Under the pieces are notes generated by a model. That model saw only the letters and a program-made list of their open reading frames with translations, did no database searches and was not told where the DNA came from. DNA of 36,824 bases from Intoshia linei (Eukaryota > Animalia > Orthonectida), in assembly GCA_001642005.1 (NCBI GenBank), contig LWCA01000246.1, forward strand, positions 1 to 36,824, in the 5' to 3' direction. The position numbers and the translations under genes are program-made. Shown in pieces: positions 10,936 to 22,559 of the stretch. Each line of letters opens with the position of its first letter. Positions within the stretch are counted from its first letter, which is position 1.

Positions 10936-12157
10936 TTTTAATATATTATCAACCAATATTTTTCAAATGTTCGATTAAAATTAAAAACGAAAAAGTAAAA
11001 TAATCATTCTACAATTTCAAAAAAAAAACATTGAACGTCTACACATTTCCAATAATTAAATAAATATGGGTGAAAATCTATATAATTCATTCCTTCGGGT
11101 TTTCTAATAAAAAAATTGTCGATTAGCCTTTTAATTCAGTTTTCCTTAAATTTTTTAAATATATCATCCTCTAGCTAGGTTAATTATAATTTTAATGACA
11201 TAGAAAGTGATTTTAGATGTAGTCCATTTAGGCATTTCTCATTTAATTGGTGTTATAATTTGTCAAAAAAATACGGTTTCCATAAAATAAAAAAAATGTA
11301 TTTTTTTGGTTTTTGCTCAAAATTGAATATTTATTTTAACATAAATTTCATTTTTTTTTTGAAATTTAAAAAATAAAAATAGTTTTTCTAGCACCCACGA
11401 TTAATATTTCAATCTTACGCAAGTAAACCTTGTTTACTCATGAAATCTATTTCTTGTATAACATTTTTCTAATAAAATTTAATTTTTAAGAGGTAAATTT
11501 TTTTGTAGCGTATTAAAAATTACCTCAATTATGTATTTTGAACACGAAAACATATCTTTTACGATAATTTGAAATGGAATGACTAGATGAGTAATTGTTA
11601 TTTATACTTATAATCTCAAAATGCGGTTTTTTCCGGTATAAAGTAAGATATATCTCAAATTAAAAATTTTGTGCCTTCATAGCCAAAACTACACATTATC
11701 GATTTTATTCAAATAATTAATCCTAGAATTTTAAAAGCAACTAATAATAAAGATTTTAAAATCATGAGCATTATTATCAATTCAAACTAAAATATCTTTT
11801 TTTGAATAGCCACAAATGACCCTTTATTTTGAAAAATGAATAAAATGATACTTCTAGAATTTAAAAAAAACAAACAAATTGAGTAGCTAATCCAGCTTTT
11901 TCAAGTTAATGTTCAAAAAATTTCAATTTCATAAACTTTACCTTCATGACCAAAAAAGCAATTTACTGTTTACTTTTTTTTTGGTAATTACAGAATATTT
12001 ATACAATATAACTTTTTACAACATACACAGTAAAAAGTTTCAAAAAAAGAACAATACACTATTTTTATGTTGCTGTGATGAAAACGATTAAGAGGGAGTG
12101 TTGTAAATGAATACGATGAACGTAAAATTTAAAATTTTGCAGACCTTTGTTCTAGAA

Positions 12158-12733
12158 CAGGGGTGCACAACGTGCGGCCGTGGGCAATACATGTGATCAT
12201 AATGCAATATATCATTTTACTTCAAATTGAAAAGTTAAAATGAGATTTTATTCAAGGTCTAATTAAAATATTTTAATCAAAAATTTACATTCTTGACTTT
12301 GCACCAGTTTCTCAAATGTTAGCGAATGTCACACAAAATCAAGTCAGTCACTGATTTTTTTTTTTATGTCATTATTAATATTTACATTTTTATTTTTTTT
12401 ATGTCTTCCATTCTAATGTATCAACATATCGGTTTTTAATGGAACTTTTTTTTGTTGTCTAATTATTATTAATTATTGACATATTTAAACATAAATGATT
12501 AATGTTTTTTCAAAAAAATATTAGTAAAAAGAGATTTTTCAAATTTTTTTTAAATCAGGTTTTTACTTATAGAATCAGTCAGAAGAATTATTGATCTAAA
12601 CATTTAGTAAAATGGGATTTTTCATAAAAATATTGGTAAAAGCGATTTTTTTCGAAGTAAATTTTGTGCGGCCGTAGTATCAATGACAAAAGTAGCATTG
12701 TGGCTGAATTGGTGAAAAGGTTGTACGCCTTTG
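12158..12733. mobile_element. hAT (Charlie/Buster-like) MITE, 576 bp
   Basis: Perfect 8-bp TSD TTCTAGAA (12150-12157, 12734-12741); TIRs CAGGGGTGCACAAC / GTTGTACGCCTTTG. About 480 bp is highly similar to 18095-18570. Confidence 0.9.
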
Positions 12734-12781
12734 TTCTAGAATATTAATTTTTAAGATAACCACAATATAAAAAAAATTTAA

Positions 12782-15700
12782 TTATAAATCTTCAAATATT
12801 GGATTGCTTTTTGTAAATGATTTAAGAAACACGTTGTATATTTTACGGTTAGTACAATCAATACTATCTATGCCATTTAGAGTTGGATCTCTATTTGTAT
12901 CTGGTGCCGATTTCTTATTGATTTCTAAACATAAATAAACTTATTGAGTATATAAAATATAATATATAATAAAAAGTTAATATGATGTAGGTTCCGTAGA
13001 GCTATAACTAGAGATTGTGATTTCCCGGGAAAAATAAAAAATTTTTATTTATATATAATATAGAAGCATTAAAAATTTTAGAGACCTTCATTAATTTTAG
13101 AAACAAAAAAAAATTTAATTAATAAAATAACACGAATCTAGACTGAAATTTACAAATTTAATTAGAAAAAAATTTATTTATTTGGGATTGTTGAAAAAGT
13201 GTTTCAAAACACACATAATATTGATAGATTTGTTTTTAAAACGCGTTCTACGTTTTTTATCGAAATTAGAAGAAAGTAGAAAGAAATCAGTAGAGAGATT
13301 TCTTTCATTTTGTGTTGACGTAGGTTGAACGGTCATAAGGGCTTCCTTTAATTAAACAATCTTGATGATAGCGTTCCAGTTCGTAACAACTCATAATATT
13401 TTTCAAAATAATATTGGAAAAAGAGAATATTTCCCTTAAACGTTAGTAATTTGTGGTTGGAATAAGATGTTTTTAAAAAAAGTATTGAAAAAAGGATATT
13501 TTTCCATTAATGGATAGAAAATTAAATTTTTTATTTGTGGTTTGATGAAGGGGATTTTTTTCACATATTTCGTATAATCAAATTTTTGAAAAGAATATCG
13601 GTGTAAGACAATTTTTCAACGGTTTGAAATGGTATTTTTGATTAAATTTTATTAGTGGAGAAATTTTTTAAATGGTAAATTTTAAATATAATCATATTTT
13701 CATAGTAATAACAAACATAAATCAAATACAGGTATGTCTCAATTTTTTTCGAGAAATCGTACAAATCCCGGCAAATTTGTAACGGTTTTTTGTCCCTGGC
13801 ACAATCACTAGCTATAACCTTTAGAAAAACTTATCAGATATTAGCTATAATATTGATATTATATATACATTGTATGGATCTTGTTCAACTATCAGAAAAA
13901 AGCAAAATCACTTATAAGTTATGAGTCATAACTTATGAGTGAATTATGTTAATAATAAACAATAATAATTTAATATTTAATAATGATTTTTTATAAATTC
14001 TGCCGAATATGAGAATTTACTGCATTCAAATACATTTATTTTTTAAATGTATTGACTATTAACTTTAAATTATTCTTAAACTAGTAAAAATAGGTATAAG
14101 GATTTGTAATATTGATTAAAAACATTTTTTACAAAAGAAAACGAAGTGAAACTGACGAATTTTTCTTGGTGGGGCCCGCGATATAATTAAATGTGAAGTG
14201 TGGCCCGTTGCACAAAAAAGGTCCCCACCCTGATATAAATAATTACATGCGTTATGTAAAAATTAAAAAAAGTGTTCCAATAAGTTTTGCATAAATTTTT
14301 TATTTTTGTAATTCATTTCTTAAAATTTAAAATTTATCACCTGCATGTAATTGTAAAATCACCTAAAATTGTCTCCTTTTCCGGATACATCACGTAAGAA
14401 TCTGGTTTCATTTCTCTATTGATTTCTGGTGTAAAAATCTAAAATGCTTAATTAATTATTAATTTATTAGGGCGTAAATGGCAAAAAAAGTTAAGAAAAA
14501 CTATAATAATGGGCGCCTAAGTTAAATTTAACCATTTTTACTAATAATCAAAATTTATCAACCCTTTAGGAAAATTTTCGTTTTATGTATCAAATGATAA
14601 TACGATCTGTTATTAAAATAATGTAATATAATAGTATATTAATAACCTTATCTGGTATACAAATGGACCTATAAGGTTTCCAGTCCATCGGAATTGTTAT
14701 TTTTTTGAAAAATATTCTTTTAATAGAAATGGCACCAAAACTAACAATAATCAATACAACAATCATTAATAATACACACGAAGAGATAATAATATTATTG
14801 TAATTGAAATGATTAATTTTTCTTTTCATCATTTTATTTAGCTGTACCCTTTCAATTTCAATTAAAATTGGATGTTCAATATAAAGAGGGTATTTTAAAA
14901 CAGATTCTTGGTACAATTTATTCTTAAAATAAATGAAAGGGTTGACTCTGACAATTAAAATTCTATGTTTGGTAGATTCGTTATTTTGAACGGTGATATT
15001 GATAAAAAAATGAATGACATGATTTAATCTATATCGAGTGATATCTAGATTTGTAGATGAGAAACCATTTAAAATATAAATTGCACCAAAGTGAGTAATG
15101 GCAAAATAGTTTAAATATTTTGAATATTTTGAATTCTTTGAAAAATTTGAATGGAATAAATGTGTTTCGGACAAGGAAATTTGATAAATATTATTTTTAA
15201 TATCATTACTTGTGATAATTCTAGTAAAGTATACATTTCTGGGAGTATTTAATGGTATCTCTATAACAAGATTATTGGGTGGAAAAATAATTTCAAAATA
15301 GTTATTAAAAATGATGACATTTTGACAATTAAATAATGTAAAAGGTTTTAAATAATCTCTAACGCAAATTGGTAAACTGTACTCGTGTTTTTTTAAATAC
15401 TGAACACTATTTTTTTTGTAAATTTCGCCACTTTTCAAATCAATGTTGAAAAAATTATCTTCCAATGTATAAATAATCTTTTTATAATCAACATCGCTTT
15501 TTACTGCCGTTACTTTACCGATACGCGAATTTGAAGAAATATTGAAGGAATATTGTTTTAGAAAATAAGGTGCTTCATCATTTATATTGATAATATTTAA
15601 TATTGACCAAATTGTTGAATTCAAATTTTGATAAATTAAAATGACTTTAAATCTAATTTTTGTAAATTTTTCATAATTTATGGGTCCAATAACTTTTAAT

Positions 15701-17757
15701 TGACCGGTTGTATTATCAATGCTTACAAAATTAGTTTTGTAAAAATTATGTCCACTATATTCCAAATCATTAGCGACATGTCTTTTGCGATAGTTTAATG
15801 TGATGTTATTTTCCTTTTCGTGCCTTAATTTAATACTTACTGAGGAGTTTACTAAAGTCATTCCAATATTGTTGAAAAAATTTTGAAATGATTCCAAAGT
15901 TTTATTTTCTTTTATTGAATCTTGGACGTTTATTACATGTTTGAAATTTTTGAAATCTTTGGTCATTTTTATTTTTTTACTATTCATTTTTTGACCATTA
16001 TTGCCATTTTTTAAATGTATAGACTTTTTTATGAGCCAGTATTGGTTTTTTGTATTGATTAACGAATTTTGAACAAAATTGACCGAATCTATATATTTGA
16101 ACATTTTTAAATCAAAAATTTGTTCATTTTGGATATAATATTTTAAACCCTCATCAATATTCTTGGCACGAATTTGACCAAAAATTGAATTTAAAGTAAT
16201 ATTTTCGTGGCAATTAAAAGTATATTCATCTTTTTCAAATTCTGGTTTTTTATCTGAATTTAAAATTGTTATAGACATGTTTAATTGACCTTTAGTCTCT
16301 CCATTATAACATTCTAATGTTGTGTAAATATTTTCAGTTTGATATTTGAATTTACGTCGTGACATTATATCGAAATTGTTTGTACTATTTGATCTAACCA
16401 AATAAAAATCGTTATGAGGTGCTATTGAACATTGTGTTTCATTATTAATTAATTTCATTACACTTATATGTTTTCCGTTATTTAGGTTCTTCAAGGGTTC
16501 AATATTTGCACTTTTAAGTATTTTCAATTGACCTATCGAACTTTTTTCGTCTATTCCATTGTTAATTTTTAGGGATAAGGTTTTATTTGAAAATTTTTCC
16601 AGTTTGTTGGATCCTACCGGGTGAACTTTTAAAAAAATCTGTGATTTTACTTGTTTGACAAAATTATTATTGTCGGGAACATTTATGAAAACCAGTTTAC
16701 ATCCGTTTTCACGATATAATAAACAAATTGATATGACATGATATTGATCTACAAGTGGTTTGACTAAAAATATTTGACAATTTTTTTCATTAATTTTAAA
16801 ATAGCTTGTGTCATAATTGGGATTTTTAAGAGTAATTTTATTTTTCAATAGATTTACACGATTTAATTCATATTCAAGTAAAATTTCAGTGAAAAAATTA
16901 CTCGAAGAGTGACAATTCATTAATTGGGTTCCAATCAAAGTATTTTTAGGTGCAGTTACATTAAAATATTTTACTTGATCCATAAACAAAGGCAATTTAT
17001 CAGATTTGTGAAAAATATTGATATGAATTATTAAATATGATTGCAATTTAGAATGCATATTTTGACCTTTTAAAATTAAATGATAAAATTTTTTTGTTTT
17101 GTATTGTATCATTTTTGAATTAAAAATCGATATATGATCAATATCGGCATCTTTTTGGATTAGCAAACTAAATTTGTTTGTATTGTCGTACAAATAATAT
17201 TTATCGTGAGGGTTTATAAATAGACTACATATTTTTATTTTTGTAAAAGAATTTTCTTCTTGTTCTTTCATAAATTTTACAATTTCAAATATACTTACAT
17301 CTTCAAAATTTGGTTTCATTTTTAAACCTTCAAAATATTTCCGGTACATGTATTTATTTATGACTTGATTTCCGCAATTGTTTAATAAATTTGGAAATTT
17401 GATTTTTACTTTAATTGTCACTTCTTTGTATGGATATGTTTTTCCAATCAATAAATTAATTATGCAAGATGGTGGCGGTAAATTATTATTACAAATTTTG
17501 TGAGAATTGTTGACAAACAACAAACTACCGTATATTTTAAAATTTTGCGAATAACTGCTATTATGAATGTAATATTTACGTTTCTCGGATTTTTCAATTT
17601 CATTGTTCATTTGGAATTGTCTTTTTTTTGTTCCGTTTCGAAAATTTGCTCGGGTCACATTTCCCACGTATATTTCACCTTTATGACCGTATATTTCAAA
17701 AATAAAACATTTTACTAAATTAATTGAAAGAAATAAGCAAATGTACAAATATTTCAT
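12782..17757 (-). CDS. Divergent cadherin/protocadherin-like type I membrane protein, ~1100 aa. Giant exon 17757-14647; probable exons 14438-14363 and 12924-12782
   Basis: Signal peptide; degenerate cadherin motifs (KPEFEKDEYTF..HEN, SIDNTTGQLKV..INYE, NINDEAPYF, FNIDLKSGEI); TM helix IIISSCVLLMIVVLIIVSFGAISI followed by KR. The ectodomain and TM lie in one exon, as in protocadherins. The 3' exons are phase-consistent but unverified. Confidence 0.75.
13009..13810 (-). mobile_element. hAT internal-deletion derivative, 802 bp
   Basis: Perfect 8-bp TSD GCTATAAC (13001-13008, 13811-13818); TIRs TAGAGATTGTG / CACAATCACTA; subterminal TCCCGG motifs; contains a transposase relic. Confidence 0.9.
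13178..13400 (-). pseudogene. hAT transposase C-terminal dimerisation-domain relic
   Basis: RTGTLSSRLF/(frameshift)/LKEALMTVQPTSTQNERNLS...KKRRTRFKNKSINIMCVLKHFF resembles the PTSxxxERxFS...KRxRL...LCFLK pattern of hAT transposases. Confidence 0.8.
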
Positions 17758-18057
17758 TTCATTTTGAAATAATTATTAGCTTCATTACATATTTATGCTA
17801 ATTAATTCTAAAATTTTATGATTTAAATAATTTAAATTAAATTCAGTTTATATATCGTTAATCCGTATTAATTATTTATAGCTTTATAATTTTATTGGGC
17901 TAATATCAAATTCTGGAATTTTAATGTTTTAAATTAATTCATCGAAATAATCGAAAATCAAATATTAATTTCAGTCTGAAACTGAGATTTTAGGAATTGC
18001 AGTAAAAAAGTGTCAATTTACTTGTTTTCAAAATTTTGCTTATGTTATACTCTATGC

Positions 18058-18844
18058 CAGGATGCACACCGTGCGGCCATGAGAGCATTTATGTGCAGCC
18101 GTGGGCAATACATCTGATTATAATGCAATATATCATTTTACTTCAAATTGAAAAGTTAAAATGAGATTTTATTCAAGGTCTATTTAAAATATTCTAATCA
18201 AAAATTTACATTCTTGACTTTGCCCAGTTTCTCAAATGTTAGCGAATGTCACACAAAATCAAATCAGTCACTAATATCTTTTTGATGTCATTAATATTTA
18301 CATATTTATTTTTATTTTTTTTATGTCTTTCACTCTAATGTATCAACATATCGGTTTTTAATGGAACTTTTTTCTGTTGTCCAATTATTATTAATTATTT
18401 ACCGAAACATTAATGATGAATGTTTTTTCAAAAAAATATTAGTAAAAAGAGATTTTTCAAATTTTTTTTAAATCAGGTTTTTACTTATAGAATCAGTCAG
18501 AAGAATTATTGATCTAAACATTTAGTAAAATGGGATTTTTCATAAAAATATTGGTAAAAGCGATTTTTTTCTTTAAAGGTTAGTAAAATTTGGTTTTTTC
18601 TTTTCGAATCAGATAGGGTAGTTTTTATTCTAAAACTTAGGTAAAAATGTATTTTTAAAAAAAAAATTATTAGTAAAAAGAGATTTCTTTTTTAAAGATT
18701 GTTAAAATTTTGATTTTTTCTCATAAGATTATATTAAATTGAATGATTTAATGCCATATGTTGAAAATTGTAGATTCGCCTACAATCATCTAAATTTTCG
18801 TATTCACCCCTTGGGTTGACTAGTCACCCCCATTAGAAACACTG
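18058..18844. mobile_element. Chimeric hAT MITE: left part from the 12158 family, longer minisatellite, right end from a second family
   Basis: Starts CAGGATGCACAC and matches 12175-12650 up to ~18570. Ends TTCACCCCTTGGGTTGACTAGTCACCCC..AAACACTG, which matches the reverse complement of 28460-28500. No matching TSD. Confidence 0.75.
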
Positions 18845-19218
18845 CATTAATCCTACTATTGCTGTTTATTCCGATTCAGATAAATGACAAATATGGTGTT
18901 AATTTATATGAGTGAACTAAGGATTAATTTTAATTGAAAATTATTAACTGAAAATTATTAATTAAAACTTGCCGATATTAAAATTTAAAGATTGCACTGT
19001 CCAGAATATCAATAATTTTATCTAAAATGGAACCTCAAATTTCACATGAAGAAAATAAATTTAGTTATTATAATAATTTATTGTACTGAGTAGTGCTCAG
19101 TGAGCACAGTATAAAATATAAATAAAACTAAATATGATTTTTTAATAGTTTTATTTATGTGAACTGATATGATATTTATAAAGGAGTAGCGAACACAAAA
19201 AGGTTGAAAACCACTGCA

Positions 19219-19511
19219 TTAGAGTGTCCCAATTTAACATTTTTGTTTGAAATTTAAAAATTATTTTTGACTGTATGTCCCATTTTGTATACAATGTAAG
19301 ATGTCGCTTTTAATTTATAATTTAATCTTAATTTGATCAAGCGAAGTACGTTCATTTATGTTAATTTTGATTTATTATTAAAATTTCATTCGGTCCGCGC
19401 CTGACCAAACCTTAATATTATGATTTACAAATTTATATATAATACCCTTGAGGTAAATCAGAAACATTTCCAGGGTATACTTTTTCTTTAAAAAAAAGTG
19501 GGAAACTCTAA
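19219..19511. mobile_element. Short TIR element (MITE relic)
   Basis: TTAGAGTGTCCCA ... TGGGAAACTCTAA (12/13 inverted match). The TSD is not recoverable because another hAT end (AAAAGGTTGAAAACCACTG) abuts it. Confidence 0.55.
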
Positions 19512-19560
19512 TATATATTGTATATATAATTGTAATTATTTACATTAATTGTTAATATAT

Positions 19561-19788
19561 ACAAGGAAAAATTTAAGATGGAATATTCACTTTAAAGTAA
19601 AAAGTAATGTGATATGACGGTTCCACCTGAAACATGTTTGTGAACCACTCCTTTAAAGGATTGATAATAGTGATTAATAGGATTTTTAAGTTAGATTTTT
19701 AACGTGAATGTATTTTTTTGGTAGAATAAAAATGTGCCCTCGGCAGAGCTAGGTACTGTTTGTACGTAGTACATAACAGTCAACCTAG
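19561..19788 (+). mobile_element. Helitron-like non-autonomous repeat, copy 2 (uninterrupted)
   Basis: Colinear with 3412-3928 minus the insertion. Subterminal hairpin, then CTAG (19785-19788) followed by T. Confidence 0.6.
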
Positions 19789-20199
19789 TATAATATATTT
19801 TGAGTATCTTTAGTTGTGACAAAATTTATTCCATTTTATACAAGTAAAAATTTAATATACTCATAATCTAAATTATGAATGTATCACTGACAGTAAATTT
19901 GGATTAAAAGATTTAATAGTTAATTTACATACATAAAGTATTTAGTAAAAATATACATTTGGTGATTTATATATGGTATATAAATGTATATAATATGAAA
20001 ATGAACATTATTTGATATATGCCAATTTTTGATAATGAATTAATTGGGTGGTTTGAATGGCTTTTTTCATTCGAAATTTTACATTTGATTGGGTCTATCG
20101 TGCTTTGCAATTTAGCTAAATTGTTAATTAATAACAAAAAATGTTATATTAACATTGTGCTTTACAACCTTGTTTATAAAACACCGCAAGAATTTTGTA

Positions 20200-20278
20200 C
20201 GGTGTCCATAAAATTTCATTATTCATTTTAATTAGTAATTATTAATTAATCATCAAAAAAAGTTTTATGGGAACACCG
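20200..20278. mobile_element. Tiny Tc1/mariner-like MITE relic
   Basis: (TA)CGGTGTCCATAAAATTT ... AAGTTTTATGGGAACACCG imperfect inverted repeats. Confidence 0.5.
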
Positions 20279-20645
20279 GTTCAGTAGCAATGTATTTCGT
20301 TAACGGAATTTATTATTAATATACCAAACAATTATTTCATCATATTTTACGCTTTTGAATTAATACACTATTATACACTATTAATTCTTATTAAAAATTT
20401 TTTAAATACCAAAATAAAGTAAATATTTTTATTTTTGATTATTCAAGTACTGTCAGTATTTTTAATATAATATTTATTGTCATAAAATTCTAGTAAAATA
20501 AAAAAATTATTAATAATGATTCAAGTTTAAAATGTGTTTACAATATTGACATGTGGATATATTTAATTGGAAATTAATTATATTATAAAATCACAAAATA
20601 AATAATATAATAAAAGAAAATAAGTACGTTAATCAGGGTTTAAAC

Positions 20646-20767
20646 CAGTGTTTCTCAACCTTTTACATCTCACGATCCCTCCATATAACGAACTAAAAAA
20701 AATTTTTAAAAACGTTTTTAATATATAAATAATTTCAATTTCTTGCGACCCCAATTGGGAAACCATG
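20646..20767. mobile_element. Short hAT/Charlie-like MITE relic
   Basis: CAGTGTTTCTCAA ... TTGGGAAACCATG termini. The interior is shared with 23100-23185 (AAAACGTTTTTAAATATAAATAATTTC...GCGACC...GAAACCATG). Confidence 0.6.
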
Positions 20768-20785
20768 TTATATTATAACCTGCTA

Positions 20786-21124
20786 CAGTCAAAATCTCAT
20801 TTAACGAAAATATTAGAAATGTAACTGTATTAGAAATGTGCTGCTGCACACATGTCTAAAATTTATCAAAATTATATTTAATATAAACAAATAATTAAAC
20901 TTTTTATTATAATTTTATATATATAAAAAGATTCCATGACTTCTTAAAAGTGACAATCTAATATTTAAAACCATAAAACCATAACAATGTTTAAAAAAAA
21001 TACTAAAAAAATAAAATATTATTGAATTTATGCATTCGTTAATCAAAAATTCGTTAAATACCAGATATTTAGGCATTTATATAGAAAATAAAATTTTAAC
21101 ATTCGTTAAATGAGATTTTGACTG
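20786..21124. mobile_element. Tc1/mariner (pogo/Tigger-like) MITE, 339 bp
   Basis: Perfect 23-bp TIR CAGTCAAAATCTCATTTAACGAA; TA on the left flank, CA on the right. Confidence 0.88.
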
Positions 21125-22559
21125 CATTATGTTATATATTGCAACAAAATGAAAAATTTTTCGAGATAATCGAATAATTACAAGTTATTATTGATCTACT
21201 CACTACAAGGATTAGAATGATGTATAATATCACATTTTTACAGATCGTTAAACTCACATTATATATACGTGTACGTGAAAAGTGTATATTTTGACCAATA
21301 AAGTATTCTAAGGAACTATAAATTAAAATAAACCGCCATATAAATAGTAAAATCTGATTTTAAAAAAAATTTCGTTTATTTATGGGTTATTTTGCGTTGA
21401 ATTTTCGATTATATAATTTTAATTTTGTTTGTCATCAGAAATTATTAAAATCGATGAACACTACATTAAAATGACCATTCAAATTGGTTTTTTTAAATAT
21501 AATTTAAAAATATTGAAGGTTCGATTCATTAGCTACCTTTTACACTTAACTTGTGGGTTGCTTCAAATCAGCCGCCATAGAGTAAGTTTTATTTTAAAAT
21601 ATGGAAGTTTAGAAATATTATATAGAAAATTATAAATAAGCATAATATAAAAAATACCACAAAATGCATTTGAAATATAATACATGTGTGTAAGTAAAAT
21701 AGTTATAATAAAAGTAAAAAACACAGTGGTATTTTTGGATAAAAATCAAAAATATGTATATTATTCTTCTACAAATTAGACGGGGATCTGACTTATATAA
21801 GTCTTTTTCATATAAAAAAGGTCAAAATAAAATATGCCTGTTATTTATACAATATCTAGTCGTTATATATAGTATTAAATGTGTAATTCTGCAAGGCCAA
21901 AAATTATAAATTCAAATTATTCGTCTGTCTAACAGTGATTTAATATTGATTTTCACTTGCTAGTTTAATAAAAATTTAAAAGTCTATTACAAGAAAAATA
22001 TCCACGCCAGTAATGCGATAAATAAATTATTCGTAATTTTATTTTTTTTACGTAGTATTTCCCCACAATTTAACTCTTTCGGATCAGTGAAAGTTAATTC
22101 CAGACAATAAAACGCAAAAACAATTTAAAAAGTCACTGTAGTGATTCTACAGTTATCACTAGATTTTGGTGATCTCTACGATATAAAGTAATTTAAATAC
22201 TATTATTATTTATATACATTATTTATAATATTTACGTTAATTTTTTAGCCATTGTATCAAATCGAGAAAATCATTATATTAATATTAATAGTATTATCTG
22301 CAAAATTGGTAGTAAATGATTAATTAATTGAATAATTTTAAATTTATGGATAAGTATTTATATGAATAGACTCTAATATCAATCTAATATAGAGTTTGAT
22401 ACGTATTTCATTTTAATTCTTATAAACGAATTGTTTCATATACAATTTGTAATTGGATAATTTTTAATAGAATTAATAACACAAGAACCTAATTTAGCTC
22501 AATATCCGATGAAATTAAAAGTATATTTAGATAATTTCGAATAATTTTTTAGTGGTATA

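Noticed and set aside
14590-14646. ORF-track C-terminus of the cadherin (VINILLYY...)
   Set aside because: It reads through a GT donor at 14646 into AT-rich intron sequence. The same artefact affects the ends of most tracked ORFs.
19082-19112. IRE-like hairpin GTGCT-CAGTG-AGCAC
   Set aside because: It lacks the bulged C and 6-nt loop geometry, is not in the UTR of an iron gene, and sits among transposon relics.
21429-22320. Possible small spliced + strand gene downstream of AChE
   Set aside because: Several GT..AG-like sites exist, but I could not build a phase-consistent open frame or recognise a product. RNA-seq is needed.
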